NCBI GenBank assembly: GCA_051645725.1
Contig: JBOFBS010000172.1
Coordinates: forward strand, 1-45,540
Direction of reading: 5' to 3'
Source: Aeromonadaceae bacterium
GTDB taxonomy: Bacteria > Pseudomonadota > Gammaproteobacteria > Enterobacterales > Aeromonadaceae
DNA: 45,540 bases
Shown here: positions 1 to 9,084 of the stretch, piece after piece
Numbering within the stretch: position 1 is the first letter of the stretch
How the letters are laid out: each line of letters starts with the position of its first letter
Made by a program: the position numbers and the translations under genes
The notes under the pieces: generated by a model
Databases searched by the model: none
What the model was told of the DNA's origin: nothing
What the model saw: the letters and a program-made list of their open reading frames with translations, nothing else

Positions 1-1353
1 TTCGTGTGGCTCGTAGTAGAGGTGGCTGTCGTTGTCGAAACCATAGACATAGTTGCCATAGTTCAGGTCGATCTTCTGATCGCCACCGCCCAGACCCTTG
101 TTATTGCCACTGTGGGCGATCATGTTGACACAGGTGCCATGACCGCTCTTGAGCTTGAGGCGGAATACGGCCCCATACTTGGGATCAATAGTTTCTGGCA
201 GCAGGGGCTTATCCCAGCTGATGCCGTTCAGGGTGGAGGCATCCAGGCTATCGCAGGCGCTGTTGTTCCACAGGTGCAGGCCCCAACCGGTATAATCACC
301 ATCGGTACGCTTGTAGTGGAACAGGACTTCGGTATAGCCCTCGACTATGGCGGGATCCTTGGGTTCGCTACCTGAACTGCCCGCATTCTGGATGCTATCA
401 GGTACACCGTCGCCATCGTCATCACTGGAGGCGAAATCACCCCAACCATCGTTGTTGCTGTCTTTGCCTTCGAAACGGTCATTCGGGAACGCGTCATCGG
501 CATTCAGTATGCCATCACCGTCGATATCCGGATCTTCAAAATCGGCTATGCCATCTTTGTCCAGATCGGAGGGGAAGGAGTTGGGATCCCACTTATCGGT
601 ACCAGCCTGCTCTTCCTTGCTGTCTTTCCAGCCATCGCCATCGCTATCAACGACGATCTGGCCAGCACTAGGGGTCAAAACGACTCGGCTCAGGTCAACG
701 GTTTGCCCGCTGGCTGCTTGCTCTTTGACCAGATCACCGACGATTTCGGCACCCTGCTCCAGGGTACTCTTTTGTGCCTTGAGCTCATCACCCTTGGCTG
801 GCAAGAGCTGCACCAGTGCCGCAGCTTGCTCTGCCAGTGCCTGATTCTTGGTGGCCAGATAATCGCTGCTCAGAGAGGCGTTCGCTTGTTCCAGAAGACC
901 CAGAATCTTAGCTTCGGCCTGGGCTTGTGTGCTACCGGCCTGGATCTGCAGTTGAACCAGGGTCGTCAGCGGGGTGATCACCTTGTAGCCAGCCGGAGCT
1001 GACATCACATAATCCTGGGTGATGGGGGTGGTCGGTGCGCTCTCATCTATGGTCTTGTTGGCAATCACCTGGACCATGAGTGGGAACTTGCTGCTCGACT
1101 CTTTGAGTGAGCTAACATCGAGCACAGCCTTACCACCGGCTCCGGTTGTGGCGCTGGGCTCATTGCTATCCAGCAGGCTATTGCCATTCAGATCGAGCCA
1201 CACTCTGGCTCCATTCAGGTAGCCATCAATGGCTTTAACCTCAAGGGTTTTTTCATTCGGTTGGTAGTCCTTGTTGTCGGCACCACCACATGCCGTCAAC
1301 AGAGGCAACAGAGACATGGTCGTCAATGCCACCCGTGAGAGTTTTAATTTCAT
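1..1353 (-). CDS. pulA: Pullulanase-type (alpha-1,6-glucosidase) lipoprotein, N-terminal 451 codons; runs off the left edge
   Basis: Hand translation from ATG at 1353: MKLKLSRVALTTMSLLPLLTAC (lipobox, Cys22), AIDGYLNGARVWLDLNGN, several DxDxDG Ca-binding/TSP3-like repeats, then VLFHYKRTDGDYTGWGLHLW typical of CBM41/PUD modules. The catalytic GH13 domain is not in the window, so the product call is inferred. Confidence 0.75.
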   Translation of the reverse strand, partial: MKLKLSRVALTTMSLLPLLTACGGADNKDYQPNEKTLEVKAIDGYLNGARVWLDLNGNSLLDSNEPSATTGAGGKAVLDVSSLKESSSKFPLMVQVIANKTIDESAPTTPITQDYVMSAPAGYKVITPLTTLVQLQIQAGSTQAQAEAKILGLLEQANASLSSDYLATKNQALAEQAAALVQLLPAKGDELKAQKSTLEQGAEIVGDLVKEQAASGQTVDLSRVVLTPSAGQIVVDSDGDGWKDSKEEQAGTDKWDPNSFPSDLDKDGIADFEDPDIDGDGILNADDAFPNDRFEGKDSNNDGWGDFASSDDDGDGVPDSIQNAGSSGSEPKDPAIVEGYTEVLFHYKRTDGDYTGWGLHLWNNSACDSLDASTLNGISWDKPLLPETIDPKYGAVFRLKLKSGHGTCVNMIAHSGNNKGLGGGDQKIDLNYGNYVYGFDNDSHLYYEPHE

Positions 1354-1527
1354 AAGTGAGATACTCGCAAGCAGTTGTCCACGCGATCCTTCACGCGCAG
1401 GGCAATCCTATTGCAGGTTGTAACCTGTTAGATGTGATAGGTGAGGCAAAAGGCAAAAGTGAAAAAAGTGTGAAAATGATTTCAGGAGTATGGTTTTTTT
1501 CTATTTGTGAGGCAGGGCTGATTGTTT

Positions 1528-1557
1528 TAAAAAGAAGGCCCGCCGATTGGCGGGCCT
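1528..1557 (-). terminator. Intrinsic terminator of the RND operon
   Basis: AGGCCCGCC-gatt-GGCGGGCCT hairpin followed on the minus strand by TCTTTTT. Confidence 0.8.
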
Positions 1558-1577
1558 GGTGTCTACAGAGGCAGAAA

Positions 1578-4500
1578 TTATTGTTCTGCCAATGCCTTGT
1601 GTGGAATGGACTCGTCAAACTCCTCCAGTGGCTTATGGTTCTCACCCAGATAGGTGTAGATGACCGGCAGCACAAAGAGAGTGAAGAGGGTACCGATGGA
1701 GAGACCGGCCACTATGACCAGACCGATACCAAAACGGCTGACGGCACCGGCCCCACTGGCCCCCATCAGAGGGATCAGACCCGCCACCATGGCCGCTGTG
1801 GTCATCAGGATGGGTCGCAGACGGATGCGGGTGGCGTGCTTCACCGCCTCCATCTTGGAGAGTCCCCGGTGCAGCTGCTCTTCCTTGGTCACTTCACAGA
1901 TAAGGATACCGTGTTTAGTGATGAGACCGACTAGGGTAATGAGACCTACCTGAGTGTAGATGTTCATGGTCGAGAGGCCCCAGGCCATGGCGATCAAGGC
2001 ACCACAAATGGCCAGCGGCACGGAGACCAGGATCACCAGAGGGTCACGAATACTCTCAAACTGGGAGGCCAATACCAGGAAGATGACAAACAGTGCCAGA
2101 GCGAAGGTCCCCAGCAAGGCGTTCCCTTCCGTCACATATTGACGCGCTTCCCCCATGTAGCTGTGTTGATAGCCCAGCGGTAGTTGAGGGGTGATCTCTT
2201 TTTCAAAGAAGTTCACCGCATCACCCATGGTGACCCCAGGAGTAGGAACAACCCCTATGGTGGCTGAGTTCAACTGACTGAAGGTCGGGAGTGAGCGAGG
2301 CTCGGTGACCAGTTCGATATTCACCAGGTTACCAAGAGGTACCGCCGTACCATCGGCTGCACGCACATAGTAACGCTTGATGGATTCTGGATTCAGGCGG
2401 TATTTGCGCTCCACCTGAGGTATCACCTCATAGCTTCGACCGTTCAAATCGATGCGGTTGACATAGCCATCACTCATCATGGTCGCGAGGGTGACCCCGA
2501 TATCCTGCATGGTAATGCCATAGGCACCTGCCTTGTCCCTGTCTACCGTGATGCGCATGGTGCCGGAGTCATAGGCCAGATCCATTTCCGAATAGATGAA
2601 CTGACGGTTGGCTTTCACCTTCTTCAACACTTCGTCCGCTACCTGGAACAGGCTCTCGAAGTTGTTTGGCGTGGTGATCACATACTGCAGTGGCAGGCCA
2701 CTACCGGCACCCGGGAGTTCCGGGAACTGGAAGGAGCTGACCGCCATCTCGGGAATGTTCTGCATATCCTTGTTCGTGCGTTCCATCACCTGCTTGAGGG
2801 GCGGGCGCTGGCTCCACGTTTTCATAACGGCGATCCCCATACCCTGGTTTGAGTTAGGGATACCGGCAAACGACAGGGAGGTTGCCATAGCCGGATCCTT
2901 GCTCAAGCGGGTAGTGATCTCGCTCATGCTGTTTTCGATATAGTCCAGGTTGGCAGTATTAGGTGCCTTCGCCATCATCATGTAGGCGCCCTTGTCCTCT
3001 GCCGGGGCCAGTTCTGCCGGAATAAACTTGAACAGAATGGGCAACGAGGCAAAGACAATGAAAGCAAAGGCGATGACAACGGGTCTGTGCTCCATGACCG
3101 CATCCAGTGCCCGTGAGTAGGCATTGGTTACGCGCTCGAAGGTGTGCTCCACTCCGCGTTCGAAGGCATTCGGATTAACGTGAGCCTTGAGCATTTTGGA
3201 ACACATCATGGGCGACAGGGTCAGAGCGATAACGCCAGAGACGAATACGGCCCCCGCCAGTGTCAGAGCAAACTCTTTGAACAGGGAGCCAGTGATGCCG
3301 CCCATCAAAGCGATTGGCGCGTAAACAGCCGCCAGTGTGATGGTCATGGAGATAACCGGCAGGGCAATTTCCCGGGTGCCGATAATCGCGGCACGGAAGG
3401 GATCTTCCCCAGCCTTGATATGGCGGTCAACGTTCTCAACCACCACTATGGCGTCATCGACCACCAGACCTATCGCCAAGACCATGGCAAGCAGGGTCAT
3501 CAGATTGATGGTAAAGCCAAACATCTGCATCAACATCACCACGCCAATGAGCGAGAGTGGGATGGTGATGATGGGGATCACAACGGCGCGGAACGACCCC
3601 AGGAACAGGGTGATAACAACCAGTACGATTAACCCCGCCTCGGCTATGGTCTTCACTACCTCATCGATAGATTCGTTAATGGCCTCGGTTGAGTCGTAAA
3701 GCATCTCCATCTTGATGGTAGAGGGGAGGTTCCGTTGCAGCTCAGGCATCATCTTGACGACATCGGCAGCAATGTCTAGCGGGTTGGCCGTGGGGGACGG
3801 GTCCAGACCCACCACTACCGCTTCCTTACCATTGGCCATGGCTCGGTAGACGTCATGGTTTTTCTCCAGACTCACCTTGGCTATGTCCCGCAGTCGGATG
3901 ACGGCACCACTGCGGCTGGCGACCACCAGGGTCTCCAGATCGGCCACATTATCCACTTGTGTCTTGGCATCGGCGTTATAGAGCATGAAGTAGCCGATTG
4001 CCTGGCCTGGAGAGGATTGGTAGTTGTTGGCCTGCAAGACCGACATGATGTCGCTGGCGGTCAGGTTGTAAGCTGCCATGCGCTCAGGATCCAGCCAGAT
4101 ACGCAGTGCAAACTCGGTTCCCCCATAGAGGTTAACCTTGGCGACCCCGCCCACAGTAAAGAGCTGGGGTTTGATTACCCGCTCCAGGTAGTCGGTGATC
4201 TGGGAGGCATTCAACTCATCACTGGAGAAGGAGATGTACATGATGGAGGTGCTGGAGCCAGTGGACATATCCAGGCTGGGATCCTCTGACTCTTTGGGCA
4301 ACTGGGAGCGTACCGAGTTGACCTTGGCCAGAACATCCGAAAGTGCAGCATTGGGGTCCGTGTTGAGTTTCATGTTCACCGTGATGGTGGATGAACCCAA
4401 CTGACTCTTTGAGGTCATGTAGTCTATGTTGTCGGCCTGGGCGATAGCCTGTTCCAGTGGCTGGGTAATAAAGCCCTGGATCAGGTTGGCGCTGGCACCG

Positions 4501-4655
4501 TAGTAACTGGTCGTTACCGTGATCACTGTATTGGTGATCTTCGGGTACTCCCGCACTTGCATTCCCTTCAGCGCCTGCAGACCGAGTAGAACGATCAGCA
4601 GACTGATAGAGAGTGCCAATATGGGGCGACGGATGAAAATATCAGTAAATTTCAT
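1578..4655 (-). CDS. RND multidrug efflux permease (AcrB family, Vibrio VexB/VmeD-like)
   Basis: 1025 aa; MKFTDIFIRRP start; GLVVDDAIVVVEN, KHGILI and RLRPILMTT RND motifs. Confidence 0.95.
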   Translation of the reverse strand: MKFTDIFIRRPILALSISLLIVLLGLQALKGMQVREYPKITNTVITVTTSYYGASANLIQGFITQPLEQAIAQADNIDYMTSKSQLGSSTITVNMKLNTDPNAALSDVLAKVNSVRSQLPKESEDPSLDMSTGSSTSIMYISFSSDELNASQITDYLERVIKPQLFTVGGVAKVNLYGGTEFALRIWLDPERMAAYNLTASDIMSVLQANNYQSSPGQAIGYFMLYNADAKTQVDNVADLETLVVASRSGAVIRLRDIAKVSLEKNHDVYRAMANGKEAVVVGLDPSPTANPLDIAADVVKMMPELQRNLPSTIKMEMLYDSTEAINESIDEVVKTIAEAGLIVLVVITLFLGSFRAVVIPIITIPLSLIGVVMLMQMFGFTINLMTLLAMVLAIGLVVDDAIVVVENVDRHIKAGEDPFRAAIIGTREIALPVISMTITLAAVYAPIALMGGITGSLFKEFALTLAGAVFVSGVIALTLSPMMCSKMLKAHVNPNAFERGVEHTFERVTNAYSRALDAVMEHRPVVIAFAFIVFASLPILFKFIPAELAPAEDKGAYMMMAKAPNTANLDYIENSMSEITTRLSKDPAMATSLSFAGIPNSNQGMGIAVMKTWSQRPPLKQVMERTNKDMQNIPEMAVSSFQFPELPGAGSGLPLQYVITTPNNFESLFQVADEVLKKVKANRQFIYSEMDLAYDSGTMRITVDRDKAGAYGITMQDIGVTLATMMSDGYVNRIDLNGRSYEVIPQVERKYRLNPESIKRYYVRAADGTAVPLGNLVNIELVTEPRSLPTFSQLNSATIGVVPTPGVTMGDAVNFFEKEITPQLPLGYQHSYMGEARQYVTEGNALLGTFALALFVIFLVLASQFESIRDPLVILVSVPLAICGALIAMAWGLSTMNIYTQVGLITLVGLITKHGILICEVTKEEQLHRGLSKMEAVKHATRIRLRPILMTTAAMVAGLIPLMGASGAGAVSRFGIGLVIVAGLSIGTLFTLFVLPVIYTYLGENHKPLEEFDESIPHKALAEQ

Positions 4656-4666
4656 GGTCTGCTCCG

Positions 4667-5812
4667 TTACAGCATCGGGCTCTTGGCTGGTTTGGTCAGA
4701 AGTGAATCCTCGATGATCTTCACATGACTGCCATTAGAGAGGCGCACCTGCCCGGCCGTAACGATACGGTCACCGGCTTTGATGCCATCGAGTATATGGG
4801 CAACCTCTTCTTTGCGTTCACCCACCTTGACCACGACCTGATTGGCAACCAAAACTGGCTTGCCTTCGGCGTCAACCAGAGGTTGTCCTTTATCATCCTG
4901 GCCCTCGGTGATGACAAATACTGTCTGACCATAGAGCGTAAAGTTGATGGCGGTTTGTGGAATCGCAATCTGGGCGGGAATGACCGGCAGTTGGACCTGG
5001 ACTTTGGCAAACATGCCGGAGCGTAACATGCCATCTGAATTTGGAATGGCGGCCTGAACTTGAACGACACCAGACTGGGCGCTCACCGCAGGTTCGATGG
5101 CACTGACCGTTCCCTGGAAGGGTTGCTCAGGGTAGGCATCGACATAAATGTGCAGCGCTTGGCCAACCTTCAACTTGGAAATATCGGTCTGGGGAATGGT
5201 GAAGCGGATCTTCATCACGCTGGTATCTTCGAGGCGAACCATGTTGGAGCCTGCCTGGAGATATTGCCCCAGATAGACATTGCGGATACCGACCTGACCG
5301 GAGAAGGGGGCCTTGATATACATGCGATCTATGGTGGCTTGCAGGGATTCAATCTGACCAGCCAGTTCCAGATAGTTGGCTTCAGCGTTATCCACATCAC
5401 CTCTGGAGACGTTGCCCTTGGTAAACAGGCTGCGCATCCGATCCAGATTGGCTTTGGTCGCGGGCATCTTGCCTTGAGCGGCCTTGAGATTGGCCTCTTC
5501 TACAGATGCGTCCAGATTGAGCAGCAGATCACCACGCTTAACCTGCTGTCCTGACTCAAACTTGATGGATTGGACCTTGCCGGCCGTTTCATTGCTGATA
5601 TCCAGCCCCTGATTAGGCTCGATAAAGCCGATGGCTTCGATGGTTGGACCCCAGTCGCTGGCTTTTGCTTCCTGCACTGATACCGGGATAGTCGGAATGG
5701 GCATGTTGGCAAAATACTGTGCCATCATGTGGTTTTTAAACAGGTTAAACCCAATCACACTGCCGAAGATCAATAATGCGATCAGCAGCATTACGGCTGT
5801 CCACTTTTTCAT
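4667..5812 (-). CDS. RND periplasmic adaptor (membrane fusion protein, VexA/AcrA-like)
   Basis: N-terminal TM segment, lipoyl motifs GKVQSIKFESGQQVKRGDLL and IKAPFSG, adjacent to the RND gene. Confidence 0.95.
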   Translation of the reverse strand: MKKWTAVMLLIALLIFGSVIGFNLFKNHMMAQYFANMPIPTIPVSVQEAKASDWGPTIEAIGFIEPNQGLDISNETAGKVQSIKFESGQQVKRGDLLLNLDASVEEANLKAAQGKMPATKANLDRMRSLFTKGNVSRGDVDNAEANYLELAGQIESLQATIDRMYIKAPFSGQVGIRNVYLGQYLQAGSNMVRLEDTSVMKIRFTIPQTDISKLKVGQALHIYVDAYPEQPFQGTVSAIEPAVSAQSGVVQVQAAIPNSDGMLRSGMFAKVQVQLPVIPAQIAIPQTAINFTLYGQTVFVITEGQDDKGQPLVDAEGKPVLVANQVVVKVGERKEEVAHILDGIKAGDRIVTAGQVRLSNGSHVKIIEDSLLTKPAKSPML

Positions 5813-6396
5813 TCTTTGCTCCCAGTTTGATCCAAGTTGTCGGCCAGGATCGCTTTCCAGCTCGCCGCAGCCATTTGCTCTTTTAACGTATCGGTTAAAT
5901 CAACATCATAAAATCTGTGCTTGTGCATGACGCACTGCACCGTGGCCAGGCTGAGTGCGCCCAGCAAGTGAGAGGGCAGATCTAAAAATAGCCCCTGCTG
6001 ACTCCCTGTGGCGAAAAAGTCGTCGAGAGGCTGCCACTGCTCGTCAGTCCACGCCTTTTCTTCTTCGGTGAAAAAGGGTGAGCGCTCATAAAGCTCCTTG
6101 AACAGGATGACATTACTATTACCAGATATGGCGGATGCGGCATTGAGCCACATGCGACGGTAACTGGGGTAACCAATCTGCGCCAGGTTGACGCCCTCGA
6201 ACAGTCTGACCAGCATCTCTTCTACGGCCTTGCGGTAAATGGCGCGGATCAGCTCATCCTTGCCATGAAAGTAGCGGTAGAGGGAACCGGTCGCCATTCC
6301 CACATGATTGGCTATCATTTGCACCGAGGTGCCATGAAATCCCTGCTCGATGAAGAGTGACATGGCGGTTTGCATGATCTGTTCACGCTTGCTCAT
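5809..6396 (-). CDS. TetR/AcrR family regulator (VexR-like)
   Basis: MSKREQIMQTAMSLFIEQGFHGTSVQMIA...GSLYRYF HTH. Start moved to ATG 6396; stop overlaps the MFP start. Confidence 0.92.
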   Translation of the reverse strand: MSKREQIMQTAMSLFIEQGFHGTSVQMIANHVGMATGSLYRYFHGKDELIRAIYRKAVEEMLVRLFEGVNLAQIGYPSYRRMWLNAASAISGNSNVILFKELYERSPFFTEEEKAWTDEQWQPLDDFFATGSQQGLFLDLPSHLLGALSLATVQCVMHKHRFYDVDLTDTLKEQMAAASWKAILADNLDQTGSKE

Positions 6397-6450
6397 GGTA
6401 ATAGGGGTTGCCTTGATGGAGAGTAAACGAAAGTGCATTACCTGAATGAT

Positions 6451-6472
6451 AGTGAATGAACGTTCATTCACT
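6451..6472. promoter_or_regulatory. Probable TetR operator
   Basis: Perfect 22-bp palindrome AGTGAATGAACGTTCATTCACT about 55 bp upstream of the tetR start. Confidence 0.8.
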
Positions 6473-6630
6473 GCCCCCATTTTAGAAAAGTTGTAGCAAT
6501 AGTCAAATGACTATATGCATAAAGCATCGCCACGTCAGGCGGTGCGGCGAGATGTGACCTGCCGTAAATGTATGCTTTTTAATCTTTTGAGCGAAAAAAC
6601 AAGCGAACAAACTTTTTTTAAGGAAAATGC

Positions 6631-6668
6631 TGGACAAGGTGATCCCTGATTCGTACTATTCCCACCCG
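6631..6668 (+). promoter_or_regulatory. Sigma70 stable-RNA promoter of the tRNA operon
   Basis: TGGACA-17 bp-TACTAT followed by C-rich discriminator TCCCACCCG; A/T tracts upstream. Confidence 0.7.
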
Positions 6669-6680
6669 TTCCAATGACGA

Positions 6681-6757
<77 letters not shown>

Positions 6758-6810
6758 TGTATGGTTCGCGGTGACAATTCACTACGGGAACAGATTGGAC
6801 AGACGGTCGT

Positions 6811-6887
6811 GGTGGCTGTAGCTCAGTTGGTAGAGTCCAGGATTGTGATTCCTGTTGTCGTGGGTTCGAACCCCATCAGCCACCCCA
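6811..6887 (+). tRNA. hisR: tRNA-His(GTG), includes G-1
   Basis: GGTGGCTG start, TT-GTG-AT anticodon loop, GTTCGAAC, CCA end. Confidence 0.97.
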
Positions 6888-6916
6888 AATAGCTCAAGGT
6901 AATATAAAGTTTCAGT

Positions 6917-7001
6917 GCGAAGGTGGCGGAATTGGTAGACGCGCTAGCTTCAGGTGTTAGTGCCTTCGGGTGTGAGGGTTCGAGTCCCTCCTTTCGCACC
7001 A
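6917..7001 (+). tRNA. leuT: tRNA-Leu(CAG)
   Basis: GCGAAGG acceptor, TT-CAG-GT loop, long variable arm, CCA end. Confidence 0.97.
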
Positions 7002-7044
7002 CTATTTAACCAACTCGGTTTAGGCCGAATGGTAGCAAGTTTCT

Positions 7045-7121
<77 letters not shown>

Positions 7122-7125
7122 CTTT

Positions 7126-7159
7126 AAAAAGCCCCGATAGCGATATCGGGGCTTTTTTT
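7126..7159 (+). terminator. Intrinsic terminator of the tRNA operon
   Basis: AAAAAGCCCCGATA-gcga-TATCGGGGCTTTTTTT. Confidence 0.92.
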
Positions 7160-7365
7160 CATTTCGGCACTATCGTGCTCACTCCCGCTCTAATCTGGCC
7201 GCTCTTTGGCTTCCATACGCCTGTCACTCTTTGCAACGAGCCCTTCAGTTTGGAAAAACGGCTTGCCCCCGGGATTGGCCTTACATACCATCGAGCTGAT
7301 GGTTTTTTGCCCAGATGCCTTATGAATTCGTCAGGCAGCTGGTCTCCACACTCTGGGGGTGGGGC

Positions 7366-8010
7366 ATGTCAGAGTTACTAACGGCAGAAGAGTTAGCCAT
7401 GTTGCTGGATGACGATGTCGAGATGGCAGCGCCAACGGCTCATCGTGGTGGCGCGCGTGGAGCGGCTCACCCCCAATATATGGAACTCATTTCTAGCCTG
7501 GCACTGCAGGAGTTGCTTCCTCTGTTGGGGCAGGCTGATCATCTGGTGCTCAATGCCGAGTACAAACAACGTCGTTTTGCTTTTTCTCTCTCTTTTATCG
7601 AGGATAGTGCCGGTAATTTACTACCCAGGCTCAGCCCCCCTCTCATTCAGGAGGTGGGTGATTCCCAACCTCGTGAGTGGCGAATGCCACACCCAGAGGA
7701 TGCCTGGTTACTGGATGGTTCCGGAGAGCCTTTGCCTTGGCAGATCAGTAATCTATCCGCTTCGGGTTTGCTGCTGGATGGCCAGGAGGAGATGCCGGAG
7801 CCAGGAACGCCGTTCCGGGCATTACTGCGTTGCCAGGGGGATTGGAAGATCCGGCTGCGAGGCCAGGTGATCCGCCGCTTTGTCAACGCGGAGGGGGGGC
7901 ACTCCTGTGCCATCCAGTTACGGTTGAAGCGGCAGGCCCAGCAGCGACTCCAGCACTATCTCTACCATAAACATTGTGAACAGGGAAAACTCATGCCCCT
8001 TGATGAGTGA
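7366..8010 (+). CDS. PilZ-domain protein
   Basis: C-terminal PREWR...ISNLSASG...IRLRGQVIR...LQHYLY PilZ pattern; ATG 7366 follows a G-rich RBS. Confidence 0.75.
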   Translation: MSELLTAEELAMLLDDDVEMAAPTAHRGGARGAAHPQYMELISSLALQELLPLLGQADHLVLNAEYKQRRFAFSLSFIEDSAGNLLPRLSPPLIQEVGDSQPREWRMPHPEDAWLLDGSGEPLPWQISNLSASGLLLDGQEEMPEPGTPFRALLRCQGDWKIRLRGQVIRRFVNAEGGHSCAIQLRLKRQAQQRLQHYLYHKHCEQGKLMPLDE

Positions 8011-8025
8011 CGCAACTCGTCTGCA

Positions 8026-8922
8026 TCAGGTGGATTCACTCTTTCCTGTCTCTATACCAAAGCGTTTGAGTTCAGCGAGGATCATGGGTGTCATACGCTC
8101 GACACAGGCTTCTCCCTCTGTGATGGCTTCATCGGCGCGATGAAAATCCATAATCGCCAACTCCCCGAGATGGGGTGTCAGACAGATTTCCGGAGGATCC
8201 CCGGCCATCCGGGCGCGGGTGATGCGCTCCTGCATTATGCTGATGCTGCCGTTCATCACGCTCCACATGCCTGGGGTTCCCTTGGCGCCGTTGCTGCGCT
8301 TGGCCAACCACTGGAGTAGGGGGTGTTTGGCGGTGATCTCGTCATCACTGCGATCGACCCAGGATTGCCGGGTGTCGGCATTCAGATTGACGGCAATGAC
8401 CAGATCGGCGCCCATGGCTCGAGCCAGGGAAACGGGCACAGGGTTAACCACTGCCCCATCAATCAGCCAGCGGTCATCGCGGCGTACGGGGACAAACATG
8501 CCGGGAATGGAGCATGAGGCTCGTACTGCACTCATCAGCGGCCCCTCCTGCAACCAGTGTTCGCGGCCACTCTCCAGCTCGGTAGCCACACAGGCGAAGG
8601 GGCGTTTGAGTTCGGAAAAGGTCACTTCACCGACTCGCTCTTCGGCTATGCCGAATACCTTCTCGCCACGAAACAGTCCGCCGGAGAAGGCGGGATCGAG
8701 CAGGCTCATCACTTGCAGCGGGGTAAACCCCCGTACCCAACCCTCCAGTGAGTCCAACTCGCCGGCAGCATAGGCCGCTCCCACCAAGGCACCTATGCTG
8801 CAGCCGGCAATCAGGTCGGGCTCGATCCCCAGGCGCATCAGCGCTCGTAGTACACCTATATGGGCCCAGCCGCGAGCGGCCCCACTACCGAGGGCCAGGC
8901 CTATCTTGGTTTTTCGCTCCAT
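8026..8922 (-). CDS. rssA: Patatin-like phospholipase RssA
   Basis: LALGSGAARGWAHIG, GCSIG nucleophile elbow, DGA motif. Confidence 0.9.
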   Translation of the reverse strand: MERKTKIGLALGSGAARGWAHIGVLRALMRLGIEPDLIAGCSIGALVGAAYAAGELDSLEGWVRGFTPLQVMSLLDPAFSGGLFRGEKVFGIAEERVGEVTFSELKRPFACVATELESGREHWLQEGPLMSAVRASCSIPGMFVPVRRDDRWLIDGAVVNPVPVSLARAMGADLVIAVNLNADTRQSWVDRSDDEITAKHPLLQWLAKRSNGAKGTPGMWSVMNGSISIMQERITRARMAGDPPEICLTPHLGELAIMDFHRADEAITEGEACVERMTPMILAELKRFGIETGKSEST

Positions 8923-9084
8923 TGCATCTCCCTTGCCGATTGAGCATGGCTCACCATGGTGGCCATGCGAGTGGCCTCATTCGTCACTTTACGGCATGGT
9001 CTGGCTGAATGGGAAGAGAGGGCTCACCCTTCTGCCCAGGTTTGCGAAAATAGTGGAAGAGATCGGCTTGTGGTCAGCGGGTGA

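Noticed and set aside
1354-1530. MalT boxes or a CRP site upstream of the pullulanase-like gene
   Set aside because: No clean GGA(G/T)GA box; the best CRP-like match TGTGA-N6-TTTCA (1469-1484) is too weak to call.
4-1934. Plus-strand ORFs 4-375, 347-844, 703-1002, 1019-1222 and 1356-1934
   Set aside because: Antisense shadows of the minus-strand pullulanase-like and RND genes; no recognisable motifs.
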